64,000 nt of DNA from an uncultured delta proteobacterium (GTDB taxonomy: Bacteria > Desulfobacterota > Desulfobacteria > Desulfobacterales > SG8-13): NCBI GenBank assembly GCA_963848135.1, contig CAWKCK010000003.1:806001-870000 (forward strand), written 5' to 3'. The translations under genes were made by a program, and so were the position numbers. Position 1 is the stretch's first letter, and every line of letters starts with the position of its first letter. The notes below the pieces were generated by a model. It ran no database searches. It had not been told where the DNA came from and saw only the letters and a list, made by a program, of their open reading frames with translations. Of the stretch, positions 20,454-32,700 are shown piece by piece.

Positions 20454-23090
20454 TTAAATCCGAGCTTTGCGGGCCAAACGTTTTGTGACATTTTCTTTTA
20501 TATTGTCCACCTGATTCGGATCGTCCACCTTCTGCCCATCGAAATCTCTGACGTAAAATACATCGACCACCTGGTCGACTTTTGTGGCTATTTTTGCCAC
20601 CCAGATATCGAGCTGACAAAAGTAGAGGGCATCGGTAATGTTGAACAACAGTCCGGGGTAATCATAGGCGAAGACTTCAATGATCGTGAAAAAACTCGAA
20701 CTGTCATTGTCCACCTCGACACGGTTCGGTCGCCTGTTGGGTGGAGCTTTTCTTTTGCGATAGCGGGAAACTTTTTTATACAGTTCCGATGTCAGGTCCA
20801 AACTGTCGCTCAAAGCGTCTTGTAGGTTTTTTTCGGCAGTGATCCAGCGTTCTTCCTCGAACAGTTGGTCCGGCGGCGGTTTGACTTCGAAGATATCGAC
20901 CGCGATCCGGTTGCGCCAGGTGAAAATTTGAGCGTCGACAATGTCAATGTTGTTAAGCGTAAACACACCGGCAATTTTTGAAAACAATCCGGGTCGGTCC
21001 TGCGCGCAGATTTTTACAGTCCGGGTTCGCGCGTCCGCTGTTCGCGTGATGTTCCAGACAAAGGCGCGCTGACCCAAATTTTGGTAGCGACGAATATCTT
21101 CCAGAATTTGATCCGGTGTGGCGTAAATCAGATATCGTGGAGAAAGGACCTTGAAGAGGCTTTCAAATTCCTGTTTTTCCTCTGCGGTTGTGGCAGCTGC
21201 CAGCGCCCGTTCCTTTTTTCGCTCAATTCCCTCCACAGTTTCGCGGGACGCTAATTCACCGCGTTCAAGTACGTTGAGTACCTTCAAAAATAAGTCTCGC
21301 AGCAGGATAGCCGTCCAGTGATTCCAGGCATTAGGACCGGTGGCCGTGCAGTCGGCAACGGTTAACAGATAGAGCATCTTCAACCGTTCAGGATCTTCGA
21401 TCTCCCTGGCACAGACAATGGCTGTTTCTTCATCGTGGATGTCTCTGCGGGTGGCTGTCTTGATCAGATATAGGTGCTTCTGGATCAGGAACGTAACCGT
21501 ATCGATCTCTTCCGGCCGCATCCCTTTAGCAGCCAGGATATTGCGGACCAATTCGGCACCGGTGTCGGAGTGGTCGTCGCTTTCCACTCCTTTCCCGATA
21601 TCATGTAACAGGGCCGCCCAGAGAAGAAGCTTCTTGCGCTTCAGTTTTTTGTAAATCTCGGCGCAGAGGGGATGGTCATGACCGGCTTGGTTGCCATCGA
21701 AATTCTTGATGGTTTGAACGGTTCGCAGCAAGTGTTTATCGACGGGGTACAGGTGGTATTCGTCGTACTGAATCTGGTTAACGACGTTCGCCATCTCGGG
21801 GATTAACCGTACCAAAAAGCCCGTGTTCAACATTTCTTTGAGAACGTTGAACACCGGTGCTGGAGACAGCAGGATACGTTCAAAGGCTTTTACGGTTTCA
21901 ACTCTGTTGACAAAAGCATTGTCGGCCAAATAATTGAATTCTCTGACTATACGTTTGGCTTCAGTGCTGAGGGGTATTTTGAGTCGGAGGCTTTCTTCGA
22001 AGATGTTGATCAGGAGTTCCGGCCGCTGAAGTACGACTTCCGTGGAATTGAAATTCAACGCATCCCGTTCCACCATCAGTCCGTCGATCTGGGTATTTTT
22101 TAGGGGTTGTTTACGGGGGCGGCCTTTGGTTGTGTATCCGAGTTCATAGAGGAACATCAAATGCTGTTGTTTGATAAGATCCATCTGTCCATGCAGATCA
22201 CCGAGAAAGACCTCTACGGGCTGGTGGCCGTTGTTTTTGTTATAATTTAATGATTCGGCCAACTTGAGCTGGTTTTCAAAGTGGAGTTGGTCGCACTTTC
22301 GGCCGCACAAGAAATGCAACCGGTTGCGTACATTCCAGATAAACGTCAGCGCTTGTGTCAAGCCCTGGTATTCGGCATGGGTGAGGTGACCGGAATATTC
22401 CAGGTCCCGCGGTTGTTTGAGATGATATTTTATGCGTGATAACCAGAGCATCGTATGGTAATCACGCAGGCCGCCCTGGCCATCTTTGAGGTTCGGTTCC
22501 AATCGATAGGTGGAATCACCGAAATTGACGTGCCGTTGACGGTTGGTTTCGATCAGCCAATCGACAACTTTTCTTGAGTGCCGTTGCAATACTTTGCGGT
22601 GGAGCTGCTCCAGGAGCTCTGTATACAGGGGGGACATTCCGCAGATGAAGCGGGCATCCAGCAAGGGGGTGAGAATCTCGTAATCTTCCCGTGCCAGTTT
22701 AAGGCACTCTTTCAGAGAACGGGTGGCATAGCCGACATCCAGACCGACATCCCACAGGGGATAAACGATTTCCTGAATGAGGGATTCAGCACCCTCTGGG
22801 ACATTTTTTTTAAATAAAAACAAAAAATCGATGTCCGAGTGAACACATTGCTCTCCCCGGCCATATCCACCCAGGGCAATAAAAACATATGGGTTCTTTG
22901 CAATTCCGAGGTGGGGGCCGATCATACTAGTTTCAAATCTTTCCCTGAAATATTCATCGATAATTTGGGCAAGCCGCTCCATAAAAACCCGGGGTTTGAG
23001 ATTGGGCAGTTTTAAAAGCAGGGCGTCCCGCTCCTGGCACAGTATTGCGGCCCTATTATCCTGGCGTGCGATCATTCCGGCAGTTCCCAT
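20454..23090 (-). CDS. glnD: PII uridylyltransferase/uridylyl-removing enzyme
   Basis: ALGGYGRGE...SDID (NT), GGLRDYH, YHLYPVDKH and LLHDIGKG (HD), two ACT domains (DRPGLF, DYPGLL). Start placed at ATG 23090 (AAGGGAG RBS, downstream of the sigma-54 promoter). Confidence 0.95.
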   Translation of the reverse strand: MGTAGMIARQDNRAAILCQERDALLLKLPNLKPRVFMERLAQIIDEYFRERFETSMIGPHLGIAKNPYVFIALGGYGRGEQCVHSDIDFLFLFKKNVPEGAESLIQEIVYPLWDVGLDVGYATRSLKECLKLAREDYEILTPLLDARFICGMSPLYTELLEQLHRKVLQRHSRKVVDWLIETNRQRHVNFGDSTYRLEPNLKDGQGGLRDYHTMLWLSRIKYHLKQPRDLEYSGHLTHAEYQGLTQALTFIWNVRNRLHFLCGRKCDQLHFENQLKLAESLNYNKNNGHQPVEVFLGDLHGQMDLIKQQHLMFLYELGYTTKGRPRKQPLKNTQIDGLMVERDALNFNSTEVVLQRPELLINIFEESLRLKIPLSTEAKRIVREFNYLADNAFVNRVETVKAFERILLSPAPVFNVLKEMLNTGFLVRLIPEMANVVNQIQYDEYHLYPVDKHLLRTVQTIKNFDGNQAGHDHPLCAEIYKKLKRKKLLLWAALLHDIGKGVESDDHSDTGAELVRNILAAKGMRPEEIDTVTFLIQKHLYLIKTATRRDIHDEETAIVCAREIEDPERLKMLYLLTVADCTATGPNAWNHWTAILLRDLFLKVLNVLERGELASRETVEGIERKKERALAAATTAEEKQEFESLFKVLSPRYLIYATPDQILEDIRRYQNLGQRAFVWNITRTADARTRTVKICAQDRPGLFSKIAGVFTLNNIDIVDAQIFTWRNRIAVDIFEVKPPPDQLFEEERWITAEKNLQDALSDSLDLTSELYKKVSRYRKRKAPPNRRPNRVEVDNDSSSFFTIIEVFAYDYPGLLFNITDALYFCQLDIWVAKIATKVDQVVDVFYVRDFDGQKVDDPNQVDNIKENVTKRLARKARI

Positions 23091-23129
23091 TTCGGCTCCC
23101 TTGGACTCAGAAATACGAAATTTATCCTG

Positions 23130-23145
23130 TGCAATGGACGTGCCA
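23130..23145 (-). promoter_or_regulatory. Sigma-54 (-24/-12) promoter of glnD
   Basis: Minus strand TGGCACGTCCATTGCA, exact match to TGGCAC-N5-TTGCA, about 40 nt upstream of the glnD start. Confidence 0.88.
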
Positions 23146-23174
23146 CCGGGTATCTTCCAACGAAGCGCTGGTGT

Positions 23175-23187
23175 TATCAACGAATTG
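23175..23187. promoter_or_regulatory. IHF binding site
   Basis: TATCAACGAATTG matches WATCAANNNNTTR and lies between the sigma-54 promoter and the upstream palindromes. Confidence 0.6.
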
Positions 23188-23220
23188 GGCGTGGGCAGTT
23201 GTCTTGGGAGCGAATCAAGA

Positions 23221-23266
23221 TTTACATATTTGTAAAGATTTAGTCGCAAATATTACAAATATGTCT
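23221..23266. promoter_or_regulatory. Tandem upstream activator sites for the glnD sigma-54 promoter
   Basis: TTTACA-TATT-TGTAAA (23221-23236) and TTACA-AATA-TGTCT (23253-23266); centres 31 bp apart, about -110 and -140 from the expected transcription start. Confidence 0.65.
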
Positions 23267-23614
23267 GTCCTGTGTTCAAAAGAGAGGTGTACTTTTTAGT
23301 GGCGGGCGCAACCGCCCATTTTGGGTGCTATTGGGTGGTTGCGCTTTGTGGCGCGATAACCATTTGTAAATTTAGTAAAAAGTTACGTCAACTTTGTACC
23401 TTCAATCCGATTATTCCCTGCCTGGGCGGGTTTTTACGACCGCGTCCTGATTGCTCTTTTGAGTCCATCCCTCTCACCGTGGGACAGGAAGGATTCGCTG
23501 GGGAGGTGCGCTGGCGGCTATCACGAAGAGGAGAAAATAGGCCACTTTAAGGCGCTGGCCTGATGCCTGATCTGTGTCGCAAAATGGGTGTTACAAAATT
23601 GTCATATCGATCTT

Positions 23615-26486
23615 CTAATCGAAGAAAGCGCGCCATATATGTTCGATCTTGTTACGCAGCAGACAGAACCTCTCCGCGGGTACTCGGGCGGGCTTTTCTT
23701 GCAGGCTGAGTTTGTGGGCGACGGCCCGATAGATCAAGTACGCGTGCTTGAGAATATGTGCGTCGAATTCATGGATAACATCGGTTTCGATCAGGGTGTG
23801 TATCAAGCGAACGTTATCGGTCCATTCCAGAAGTTCTTCGTGGTCGCTGGCATGGCTCAGCACCAGGTATTGAACCAAAAATTCAATATCCACGATTCCG
23901 CCAGTGTCCTGTTTGATATCGAAAACATCGGTTTCTGGTTCGAGTAGTTCGCGGCGCATCTTCATGCGCATCTCTCGCACTTCGGCCCGCAGTTTTTTCC
24001 TGTCGCGGCGGTGGGCCAGGACGTGCCTGCGGATGTTTTCGAATTGTTTGCAAAGCTGGGGGTCGCCACCAATGGCCCGGGCCCTGATAAGGGCCTGGTG
24101 CTCCCATGTCCAGGCGGTATTCGTCTGGTAGTCTGCGAAGCCATCGATATGGCTGACCAGGACCCCCGAACTGCCGCTCGGTCGCAAACGCATGTCGGTA
24201 TCATATAATATTCCGGCCTGGGTATGCGCCGTGAGGATATGAATAATTCGCTGTCCGAGACGCGCAAAATATTGGTGGTTATCGATAGGAGTGGGGCCGT
24301 TTACTGTTTGTCCCTCGGACGCCGAGTGGAGGAAGACCAGATCGAGATCACTGCCGTAACCGAGTTCAAGGCCGCCCAATTTGCCGTATGCGATGACCGC
24401 AAAGTTTGCAATGGAACTCTCTTCGCCTGTGGCACCGGTCGGCGTTCCGTGTTTAGCTATCAGATGTCGATTGGCCAGCGTGAGCACTTCGCCGATTGAA
24501 ACCTCGGCGATGTCAGACAAATGATCGCTCACCCGCATCAGTGGCAGCACTTCGGTGACATCGGCTGCCGCTACCCGCAGGACATTGACTTGTTTGAAGA
24601 CCCGCAGTGCTTCCATCAAGTATTCAAAATCATCCGGCAGTTGCTCGAGGCGAAACCGAAGTTCTTGTAAGAGCTCAGCCCTTTTAGGGGGGGCATACAG
24701 GGTGCGGGGGTCGAGTAATTCGTCCAGCAACACCGGATGGCGGGCCAGAAAGGTGGCAATGAGTGAGCTGGCGCCTGATAATCTGAATAGATGGTCGAGG
24801 ATGCCGGGGTTTTCCAGCAGCAGTGCCAGGTAGGATGCTCGACCGCCAATGGACTTGACGAGTTCCGCGATGCGGTTCAGAGTGATCAGGGGGTCGGCGC
24901 TCGCACCTGACGTTTTTATCAGCAGCGGCATCAGCTTGTCCAGGCGTGCGCGCCCTTCCTTGCCGAGGGGCCGCTGGGTCAATTCACCACGCACCCGGTC
25001 GATTGTCTCTACGGCTTTACCCGGGTCATCGTATCCAACGGTGGCCAGAACGTTTTGGCGCTGGTTTTCCTCTAAGAGGCCCATCCAGAGGGCGCCCAGG
25101 GCCCGATCGATGTCATCGGGTGTAACTTTTTTCTCCCCCGATTCCAATAGTAGTGAAAAGTGGCGATGCACGTTGTTGAGGTGGGTTTCAAGCGCTCTTT
25201 CCCAATCTGAAAGTTCTGTGATTCCCATGGCAAGCGCCAGTCGTTGCCTGGCTGCGGGATCGATAGGTAATTGATGGGTCTGTTTATCGGCGATTTCCTG
25301 GAGGCGATGCTCAAGAATCCTTAAAAAAATATAGGCTGACCGCAGAGAAGAGCACACTTCCACCGGGACGATATTACCTGATTCCAAAATTGTCAGGATG
25401 AGTCAATATGCGGCGTTGCTGTAGTTTCGGGTTGATTCCGCCGCGAATCATCTGAAAGACCTGCCCGAAAAATTCGATTTCACGAATGCCGCCGCGCCCG
25501 AGTTTAATGTCACCCTTCACCCCCATCCGTTTCACTTCGAGACTGATCCGTTGCTTCATGTCCCGAAGGGATTCAAAGGCACCATAGTCGAGGTAGCGGC
25601 GGTAGACGAAAGGGTTCATTCGTTCCAGCAATTGCTTGCCGGCATTCCGGTCTCCGGCAACTACCCGGGCCTTGATCCAGGCGTAGCGCTCCCATTCTCG
25701 CCCTTGCTGCTGATAATAGTGCTCCATGGCGTCGAAGCTCATCGCCAAAGGGCCGTTTTCACCGAAAGGTCGCAGGCGCACATCGACCCGGAACACGAAC
25801 CCATCTGCCGTGACTTTTCCGAGCGCCTGAATTAACCGTCGACAGACGCGCATGAAAAACTCTTCGTTGCTCACAGGCGCTTCACCGCCGGAGGTTTCAC
25901 CACTCTGAGGGTAGGCGAAGATGAGGTCGATGTCGGATGAAAAGTTGAGTTCTTCACCGCCGAGCTTACCCATACCGAGAACGACGAGCGTCTGTCGCGT
26001 TCCGTCCTGGCATACGGGTACGCCATAGATCGTGCAGAGCTGACGGTGGATGAAGGCATGCGTCTCTTCGATGCAGGCCTCGGCCAGGCTTGTCAGCTCG
26101 GCCATAGTGGCGAACAGGTCCGCCCATCCGCACAGGTCGCGCCATGCAATGCGGACCATCTCACGCTGCCTGAATCGTCGCAGGGTTTTTTCGAGGTGCA
26201 CGTCTTCATCGACTTGGGCCAACAACGGACGTAATTTATCGGTATACGCACCGGTCTGGTAGGGATTCTCAAGATCTCCGCTGGCTGCCAATTCCATGAG
26301 AAGCAGAGGGTTGCGGACGCAGGTTTCAGCGACAAAATCGCTGAAAGCAAAAACGTGGCAGGCGGCCTGTTGCAGTTCGGTTGAGAGTGAAAGGGTCGTG
26401 CCGTTTTCCACGGCCGCCACCTCCAAGGCTTGCCATTTCGCATGGGCTTCCCTGGCGAGGTCGGCGGGGAGAGTATTTGCGGGCAT
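23615..26486 (-). pseudogene. glnE: Glutamine synthetase adenylyltransferase/removase, split by a +1 frameshift near 25400 (ORFs 25374-26486 and 23615-25387)
   Basis: 5' ORF has GMGKLGGEELNFSSDID, VDVRLRPFG, GREWER, GGIREIEF; 3' ORF has AYGKLGGLELGYGSDLD, DMRLRPSG, WEHQAL, GGIVDIEF. Removing one base at 25400-25403 gives continuous ...QRRIL.ILTILESGNIVP. Confidence 0.85.
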
Positions 26487-26489
26487 GAG

Positions 26490-27230
26490 TTATTCCATGT
26501 TCAGATGGGCCTGTTTGAGTATGGAAATTGCGCTGGGAATTTGGCTGAACCGTGTGATAAGGAATGCCGAATAGCCGAATTTGTCAATTTGCAGGTCGAA
26601 TGCGGACGTCTGGTCGAAGTCATCCGGGGCGCCACGAACGGTGATTCGGAGTGCTTTCTCGTGGGGCAGGACTTTTATTGTCCAGAAAATTTCGGGCGTT
26701 TCGTCGAATTTGGCTGAACGGGGCTCATAGTTCAGTTCGCCGGGGAACAGGCTGCGGATTTCCGACAGCAGTTTTTCTCCCAGATCTCGAACATCTACCG
26801 TCAGCTCGCTGAGAAACAGTTTGTCACCGGTGGCCAGTGTTTGAGACAGCTCGAATTCCGCATTTTTCTCTTTTTTCTGATCGTCGGCCGTCGGTGTCTG
26901 CGGTTTTTCGTCCGGCGTTTCGTTCGGTTCTGCCGGGGTCAATTTTTCCGAATCCACGATCCTTGGCGGATCGATGTCATCGGTGCTCAATATGATCACC
27001 TGGTCTGTGCTGCCGATATTCAGAAGAATGACGCGATCGGGGTCAAAGGTAATGGCTTGAGAAGCCTGGTTAAAATCCACCTCGGATTCTATTAACAATA
27101 CGCTGAACGGTCCCGATCGGCTTGCGCACTCACCCAGTGTGGCGGCGTCATCCGGTTCGAGCGTGGCCCGCCAGATGCCGGTGTCGACGTGTTTGGCGCT
27201 GTCGATCGTCATTTTAAGTTTTAATCCCAT
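26490..27230 (-). CDS. Hypothetical two-domain protein with acidic Pro-rich linker
   Basis: 246-aa ORF with GGAG RBS, stop 3 nt before the glnE start; linker TPAEPNETPDEKPQTPTADD. Confidence 0.75.
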   Translation of the reverse strand: MGLKLKMTIDSAKHVDTGIWRATLEPDDAATLGECASRSGPFSVLLIESEVDFNQASQAITFDPDRVILLNIGSTDQVIILSTDDIDPPRIVDSEKLTPAEPNETPDEKPQTPTADDQKKEKNAEFELSQTLATGDKLFLSELTVDVRDLGEKLLSEIRSLFPGELNYEPRSAKFDETPEIFWTIKVLPHEKALRITVRGAPDDFDQTSAFDLQIDKFGYSAFLITRFSQIPSAISILKQAHLNME

Positions 27231-27712
27231 CGTCACTCTCCACTTCGGCTTCCGGTTGGAACACGGCCGATCGGTATGGTTGGTTAGAATACACCTAAGA
27301 TGATTAAAGACTATAATTTAGCGTAAATCGGCAATGAAATCAACTCATCGACGCCAAGGATGCAACCTGTTGGGTTTATGAAAGGGGGCACGCCGACAAT
27401 ACGGTGACGGAAACGCGCGATTCATACCGATATTCCAATCAACATTTGGTTTTCGTATGCCACGCTTGTTGCCTAATAGAAAGAAATATATTATGAGGTC
27501 TTTTCTTTACCGGACCGCCGCTCCTAAGCTTTTTGCCGTTGGCGATGCCCGCCAAATGATCGATTGCAGGAGGGAATCATTGGAATATCTCGATCCCTAG
27601 ATTACCATTTAAGAAGACACGGCTCAATGTGGATCCCAATGTTCATCGTGCGGCACCTGGGGCTTGGTTGTAAATACACCCATGAGTTAACCTTGTGGGG
27701 ATGGATGTTGCG

Positions 27713-28414
27713 ATGAAGCGATTGCACTACCTTCAACACGTTCCATTTGAGGATATCGGTACGATTAGAGCCTGGGCCGAGGCGGCCGGTATGACGATCC
27801 GTGGGACGCGACACTTTCTTAATGAAGATCTGCCATCCGTTGAAGAATTGGACTGGCTGATCATTATGGGCGGTCCGATGAACGTCGCCGAAGAGGTATT
27901 GTATCTCTGGCTGAAAGAAGAAAAAAGACTCATCCGCCAAGCCATCGCGCAACGCAAGACAGTTCTCGGCATTTGCCTCGGTGCCCAGCTCATCGCTGAT
28001 GCAATGGGCGCCTGTGTCCGCCGCAACGCCTATCGAGAGATCGGCTGGTTCCCCGTTCGCAAGACAGATGAGGCGGGAAGGGCCACCATTTCGGCGGCCC
28101 TTCCGGACGGTTTTCTAGCGCTTCATTGGCACGGTGATACATTCGACCTTCCCGAAAGGGCCATTCACCTGGGGCGCAGTGCGGCCTGCGAAAATCAGGG
28201 TTTCGTACTCGATGAGCGGATCGTTGGGCTGCAATTTCATCTCGAGGTCACTCCTCGTGGCCTTGAGCGGCTGATCCACCATTGCCGGAGCGAAATTGAC
28301 GGCAGCCTTTACGTTCAGAGTCCAGAGATCATGCTGGCGGATCGTAACCGTTTTGCTTCAGCCAACACCGTCTTAAACAATTTGCTGGATCGCCTGCTGG
28401 ACGTTGATCATTGA
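27713..28414 (+). CDS. Class I glutamine amidotransferase, stand-alone (GuaA-like)
   Basis: QHVPFED, MGGPMN, GICLGAQL (Cys nucleophile), WHGD, QFHLE (His-Glu). Confidence 0.9.
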   Translation: MKRLHYLQHVPFEDIGTIRAWAEAAGMTIRGTRHFLNEDLPSVEELDWLIIMGGPMNVAEEVLYLWLKEEKRLIRQAIAQRKTVLGICLGAQLIADAMGACVRRNAYREIGWFPVRKTDEAGRATISAALPDGFLALHWHGDTFDLPERAIHLGRSAACENQGFVLDERIVGLQFHLEVTPRGLERLIHHCRSEIDGSLYVQSPEIMLADRNRFASANTVLNNLLDRLLDVDH

Positions 28415-28610
28415 AAGGGAGCTCGGCCCACTGTTCATCGTCCTGAACGCGACAATCCAAGCCGAAAATTTCGCCAACGCTGAAAAGATTTCCTGAAATT
28501 TCCGAACGGAGGTCATGCGCCTTGCACTGGGGCCCTTTAACTGCTAATAGACCAGATCTCACAGGCATTTCTCAAGTGACAGGACAGATTAAACAGCTGA
28601 AGACATCACC

Positions 28611-29747
28611 ATGAACGCAATATTGGCCCTTGAAGACGGGCGCACATTTCCATGCAGATCCTTTACCGGATCCGGTGAAGCCACCGGCGAGGTGGTTTTC
28701 AACACAAGCATGACCGGCTACCAAGAAGTCCTCACAGATCCTTCCTATCGGGGCCAGATGGTGGTCATGACTTATCCTCTGGTGGGCAACTACGGCATCA
28801 ATCCTGATGACATCGAATCCGGGCGCATCCAGGTTGCCGCTTTTATCATCAAAGAATATCAACCATATCCCAGCAATTTCAGAGCTACGAGCACTCTGGC
28901 CGATTACTTGACGTCTCAGGGTATTCTGGGCCTCCAGGATCTCGATACCCGCGCCCTTACCCGGCATATCCGCAATGCCGGAGCCATGCGGGCCGTTGTG
29001 TCCACTGAGGACTTGGATCCTGCATCTCTGGTGGCCCGAGCCAACGAGATCCCGACCATGGCGGGACAGGATCTTACCCGGAGTGTGACGACCACAATGC
29101 CCTATTACTGGTCCGAAGGGCGGCCGGAAGCATTAACGAATGATACGCCTCTGGATATCAGCGTTTGGCGCAACCGCGGTGCAAAACGCCGCATCGTAGC
29201 ATTCGATTTTGGCATCAAATTTAATATTCTCAGGTGTTTAGAAAAGGAAGGCTTCGAAGTTGTGGTGGTCCCATCGGCCACCGCTGCCGAAACTGTCAAG
29301 GCCTTGGTTCCTGACGGGATTTTTCTGTCCAACGGGCCTGGTGATCCCGAACCCGTTACCGATGCCATCGAGACGATCCAGCATCTGATTGGTTTCCGGC
29401 CCATGTTCGGAATCTGTCTCGGGCACCAACTTCTCGGGCTGGCCCTGGGCGGCAAGACCTTCAAGCTTAAGTTCGGTCACCGGGGTGCCAATCAACCGGT
29501 GAAAGATCTGTTGACTGGTCGGATCGAGATTACGTCCCAGAATCATGGATTCGCCGTTGATCTGGAGTCAATCAGAGGCAATGACGTGGAAATCACCCAT
29601 ATTAATTTGAATGACAATACCCTTGAGGGATTCCGCCACCTGAGCGTCCCTCTCTTTGCGGTTCAGTACCATCCCGAGGCCGCTCCCGGCCCCCACGATT
29701 CGCGCTATCTTTTTAACCGTTTCAAAGACCTTATCGACAAACAGTAA
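28611..29747 (+). CDS. carA: Carbamoyl-phosphate synthase small subunit
   Basis: [47 protein letters not shown]. Confidence 0.97.
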   Translation: MNAILALEDGRTFPCRSFTGSGEATGEVVFNTSMTGYQEVLTDPSYRGQMVVMTYPLVGNYGINPDDIESGRIQVAAFIIKEYQPYPSNFRATSTLADYLTSQGILGLQDLDTRALTRHIRNAGAMRAVVSTEDLDPASLVARANEIPTMAGQDLTRSVTTTMPYYWSEGRPEALTNDTPLDISVWRNRGAKRRIVAFDFGIKFNILRCLEKEGFEVVVVPSATAAETVKALVPDGIFLSNGPGDPEPVTDAIETIQHLIGFRPMFGICLGHQLLGLALGGKTFKLKFGHRGANQPVKDLLTGRIEITSQNHGFAVDLESIRGNDVEITHINLNDNTLEGFRHLSVPLFAVQYHPEAAPGPHDSRYLFNRFKDLIDKQ

Positions 29748-29779
29748 GCGACGTTGATGCTGAAAACCGAGTGAGAGCC

Positions 29780-32700
29780 ATGCCCAAGCGCAGCGATATT
29801 AACAAAATTCTGATCATCGGCGCCGGACCCATAATCATCAGTCAGGCATGTGAATTCGACTATTCGGGAACCCAGGCATGCAAGGCCCTGAAAGAAGAGG
29901 GTTTCGAAGTCATTCTGGTTAACAGTAATCCGGCCACTATCATGACTGATCCTGAAATGGCGGATCGAACCTACATCGAACCGGTTACTCCCGAAACAGT
30001 GGCCATGATCATCGAGAAAGAACGCCCGCATGCCCTCCTGCCAACCATTGGGGGACAAACCGGGCTCAACACCGCCGTTGAGGTCGCTCGAATGGGCGTT
30101 CTTGACCGCTATGGCGTCGAGTTGATCGGGGCGAACATTGCCTCCATTGAAAAAGCCGAAGACCGGGACCAGTTCCGCTCCGCAATGAATCGCATCGGAC
30201 TTAAGATTCCCCGGAGCGGCATCGCCACGAATATGATTGATGTGAAGCAGATCAGTGATGAGATCGGATTTCCCATCATCGTTCGTCCGAGCTACACTCT
30301 CGGGGGAACCGGCGGCGGCGTGGCCTACAACCCCGAAGAGCTTGAAACCCTTTCCCAGGCAGGATTGGACGCCAGTCTTATTCACCAGGTCATGCTCGAG
30401 CAGTCGGTACTCGGGTGGAAGGAATACGAACTTGAAGTCATGCGGGACAGGAACGACAATGTGGTCATTGTCTGTTCGATTGAAAATATGGACCCGATGG
30501 GAATCCACACTGGAGACAGTATTACCGTAGCACCGGCTCAAACCCTCAGTGACAGGGAATATCAAATGATGCGCAATGCCTCCATTGCCATCATGCGGGA
30601 GATCGGTGTCGATACGGGGGGGTCCAATGTCCAATTTGCCATCAATCCGGAGAACGGAGAGATGATCGTTGTGGAAATGAACCCCCGGGTGTCGCGAAGC
30701 TCCGCCCTGGCGTCCAAAGCGACCGGATTTCCGATTGCCAAGATCGCGGCAAAACTCGCCGTCGGTTATAGCCTGGATGAGATACCCAACGATATTACCG
30801 GTGAGACTTACGCGTCTTTCGAACCCACACTCGATTATTGTGTCGTCAAAATTCCCCGTTGGACCTTTGAGAAGTTCCCCGAAACATTGGACGTTCTGAC
30901 CACCGCCATGAAATCGGTGGGAGAGACCATGTCGATCGGGCGCACGTTCAAAGAGGCCTTGCAGAAGGGAATCCGGTCACTTGAAATTGGCCGTTATGGC
31001 TTCGGCGCCGACGGGAAGGATCTGTGGAATATTGACGCCCTTGATGAACAGTGCTTATCGCAGGGCGAGATCGAGCAGAAATTGGCGATTCCAAACTCCC
31101 AGCGTCTTTTTTTCCTGCGTTACGCTCTACTTTCCGGAATGTCGATCGAGGCGATTTATGATCTCACCGGGATAGATCCCTGGTTTTTATACCAGTTGCA
31201 AGACATCCTCACCCTTGAAAAGCAGATAAAGCAGGAGCGTAGTCATCCGCCGTCGGCAGCGCTGCTGCAGCGGGCAAAATCATTCGGGTTCTCCGACATT
31301 CAGCTGGCCCATCTGATCGGTGGTAATGAGGATGACGTCCGTCGCCTTCGCCTGCAGCTTGGAATCCAGCCGGTATATAAATTGGTGGACACCTGTGCCG
31401 CCGAATTCCGGGCGGCGACTCCCTACTACTACTCCACCTATGAAACCGAAAATGAAGCCCGGGTGTCGGACCGCAAGAAGGTGATGATTCTTGGTGGCGG
31501 ACCGAATCGAATCGGCCAGGGAATTGAATTCGATTATTGCTGCGTCCACGCCTCTTTTGCTCTTAAGGAAGAGGGGGTGGAAAGCATCATGGTCAACAGC
31601 AATCCCGAGACGGTCAGTACGGACTATGATACCTCCGACAAACTCTATTTCGAGCCACTCACAAAAGAAGATGTGCTTCAGATTGTGGCGACCGAAAAAC
31701 CCGACGGGGTAATTGTGCAATTTGGCGGGCAGACGCCGTTAAACTTGTCTGTGGGGCTGCACAAGGAGGGTGTACCGATTCTCGGAACCCAGCCGGAGAG
31801 CATCGATCGGGCCGAAGACCGCGAGCTGTTTCAGTTGATGCTCAAAAAATTGGGGCTGGTTCAGCCGGAAAACGGCACGGCAGTTTCGGTGGCGGATGCC
31901 CTGGAAATTGCAGATGCTATCGGCTACCCTGTTATTGTCCGACCGTCCTACGTTCTGGGCGGCCGAGCCATGAAAATTGTATACGATCGCTGCGACTTGG
32001 AGAGTTACAGCCGACTGGCTATCATGGCCTCCCCCGAACATCCCATTTTGATCGACAAATTTCTCGAAGATGCCATCGAGGTCGATGTTGATGCCATATC
32101 CGACGGTGAAACCACGATCATCGGTGGCATAATGGAGCACATTGAAGCCGCGGGCGTTCATTCGGGAGACTCTGCTTGCGTGCTACCGCCCTACAGTCTC
32201 GACGCCGATATTCTCGAGGAAATTACGGCGGCAACCAAAGCCATGGCGGCCGAGTTGAAGGTTATCGGGCTGATGAATGTCCAGTATGCCATCAAAGGCG
32301 AGCAACTTTATGTTTTGGAAGTCAATCCTCGGGCTTCCCGAACGGTTCCGTTTGTCAGCAAAGCCACCGGTGTACCGTTGGCCAAACTGGCAACCAAAGT
32401 GATGCTTGGGCTCAGCCTGAAATCCCTCGGATTGGACCGGGAGTCCAAACCGGTTCACGTGTCCGTCAAGGAAGCTGTGTTGCCTTTTGACCGGTTTCCG
32501 GGTGTGGACACTCTGCTCGGCCCGGAAATGAAATCAACCGGTGAGGTGATGGGCATAGATATGCAATTCGGAACGGCCTACGCCAAATCACAGCTGGGTG
32601 CGGGACAGAAACTGCCGGCTTCAGGATCCGTGTTTATCAGTGTCAAGGATAGTGACAAAGCAGATATGCTAACGGTTGCGGCCAAATTTCACGCCATTGG

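Noticed and set aside
23091..23249. N-terminal extension of glnD given by the ORF track
   Set aside because: Covers the sigma-54 promoter, IHF site and enhancer; ATG 23090 has a good RBS.
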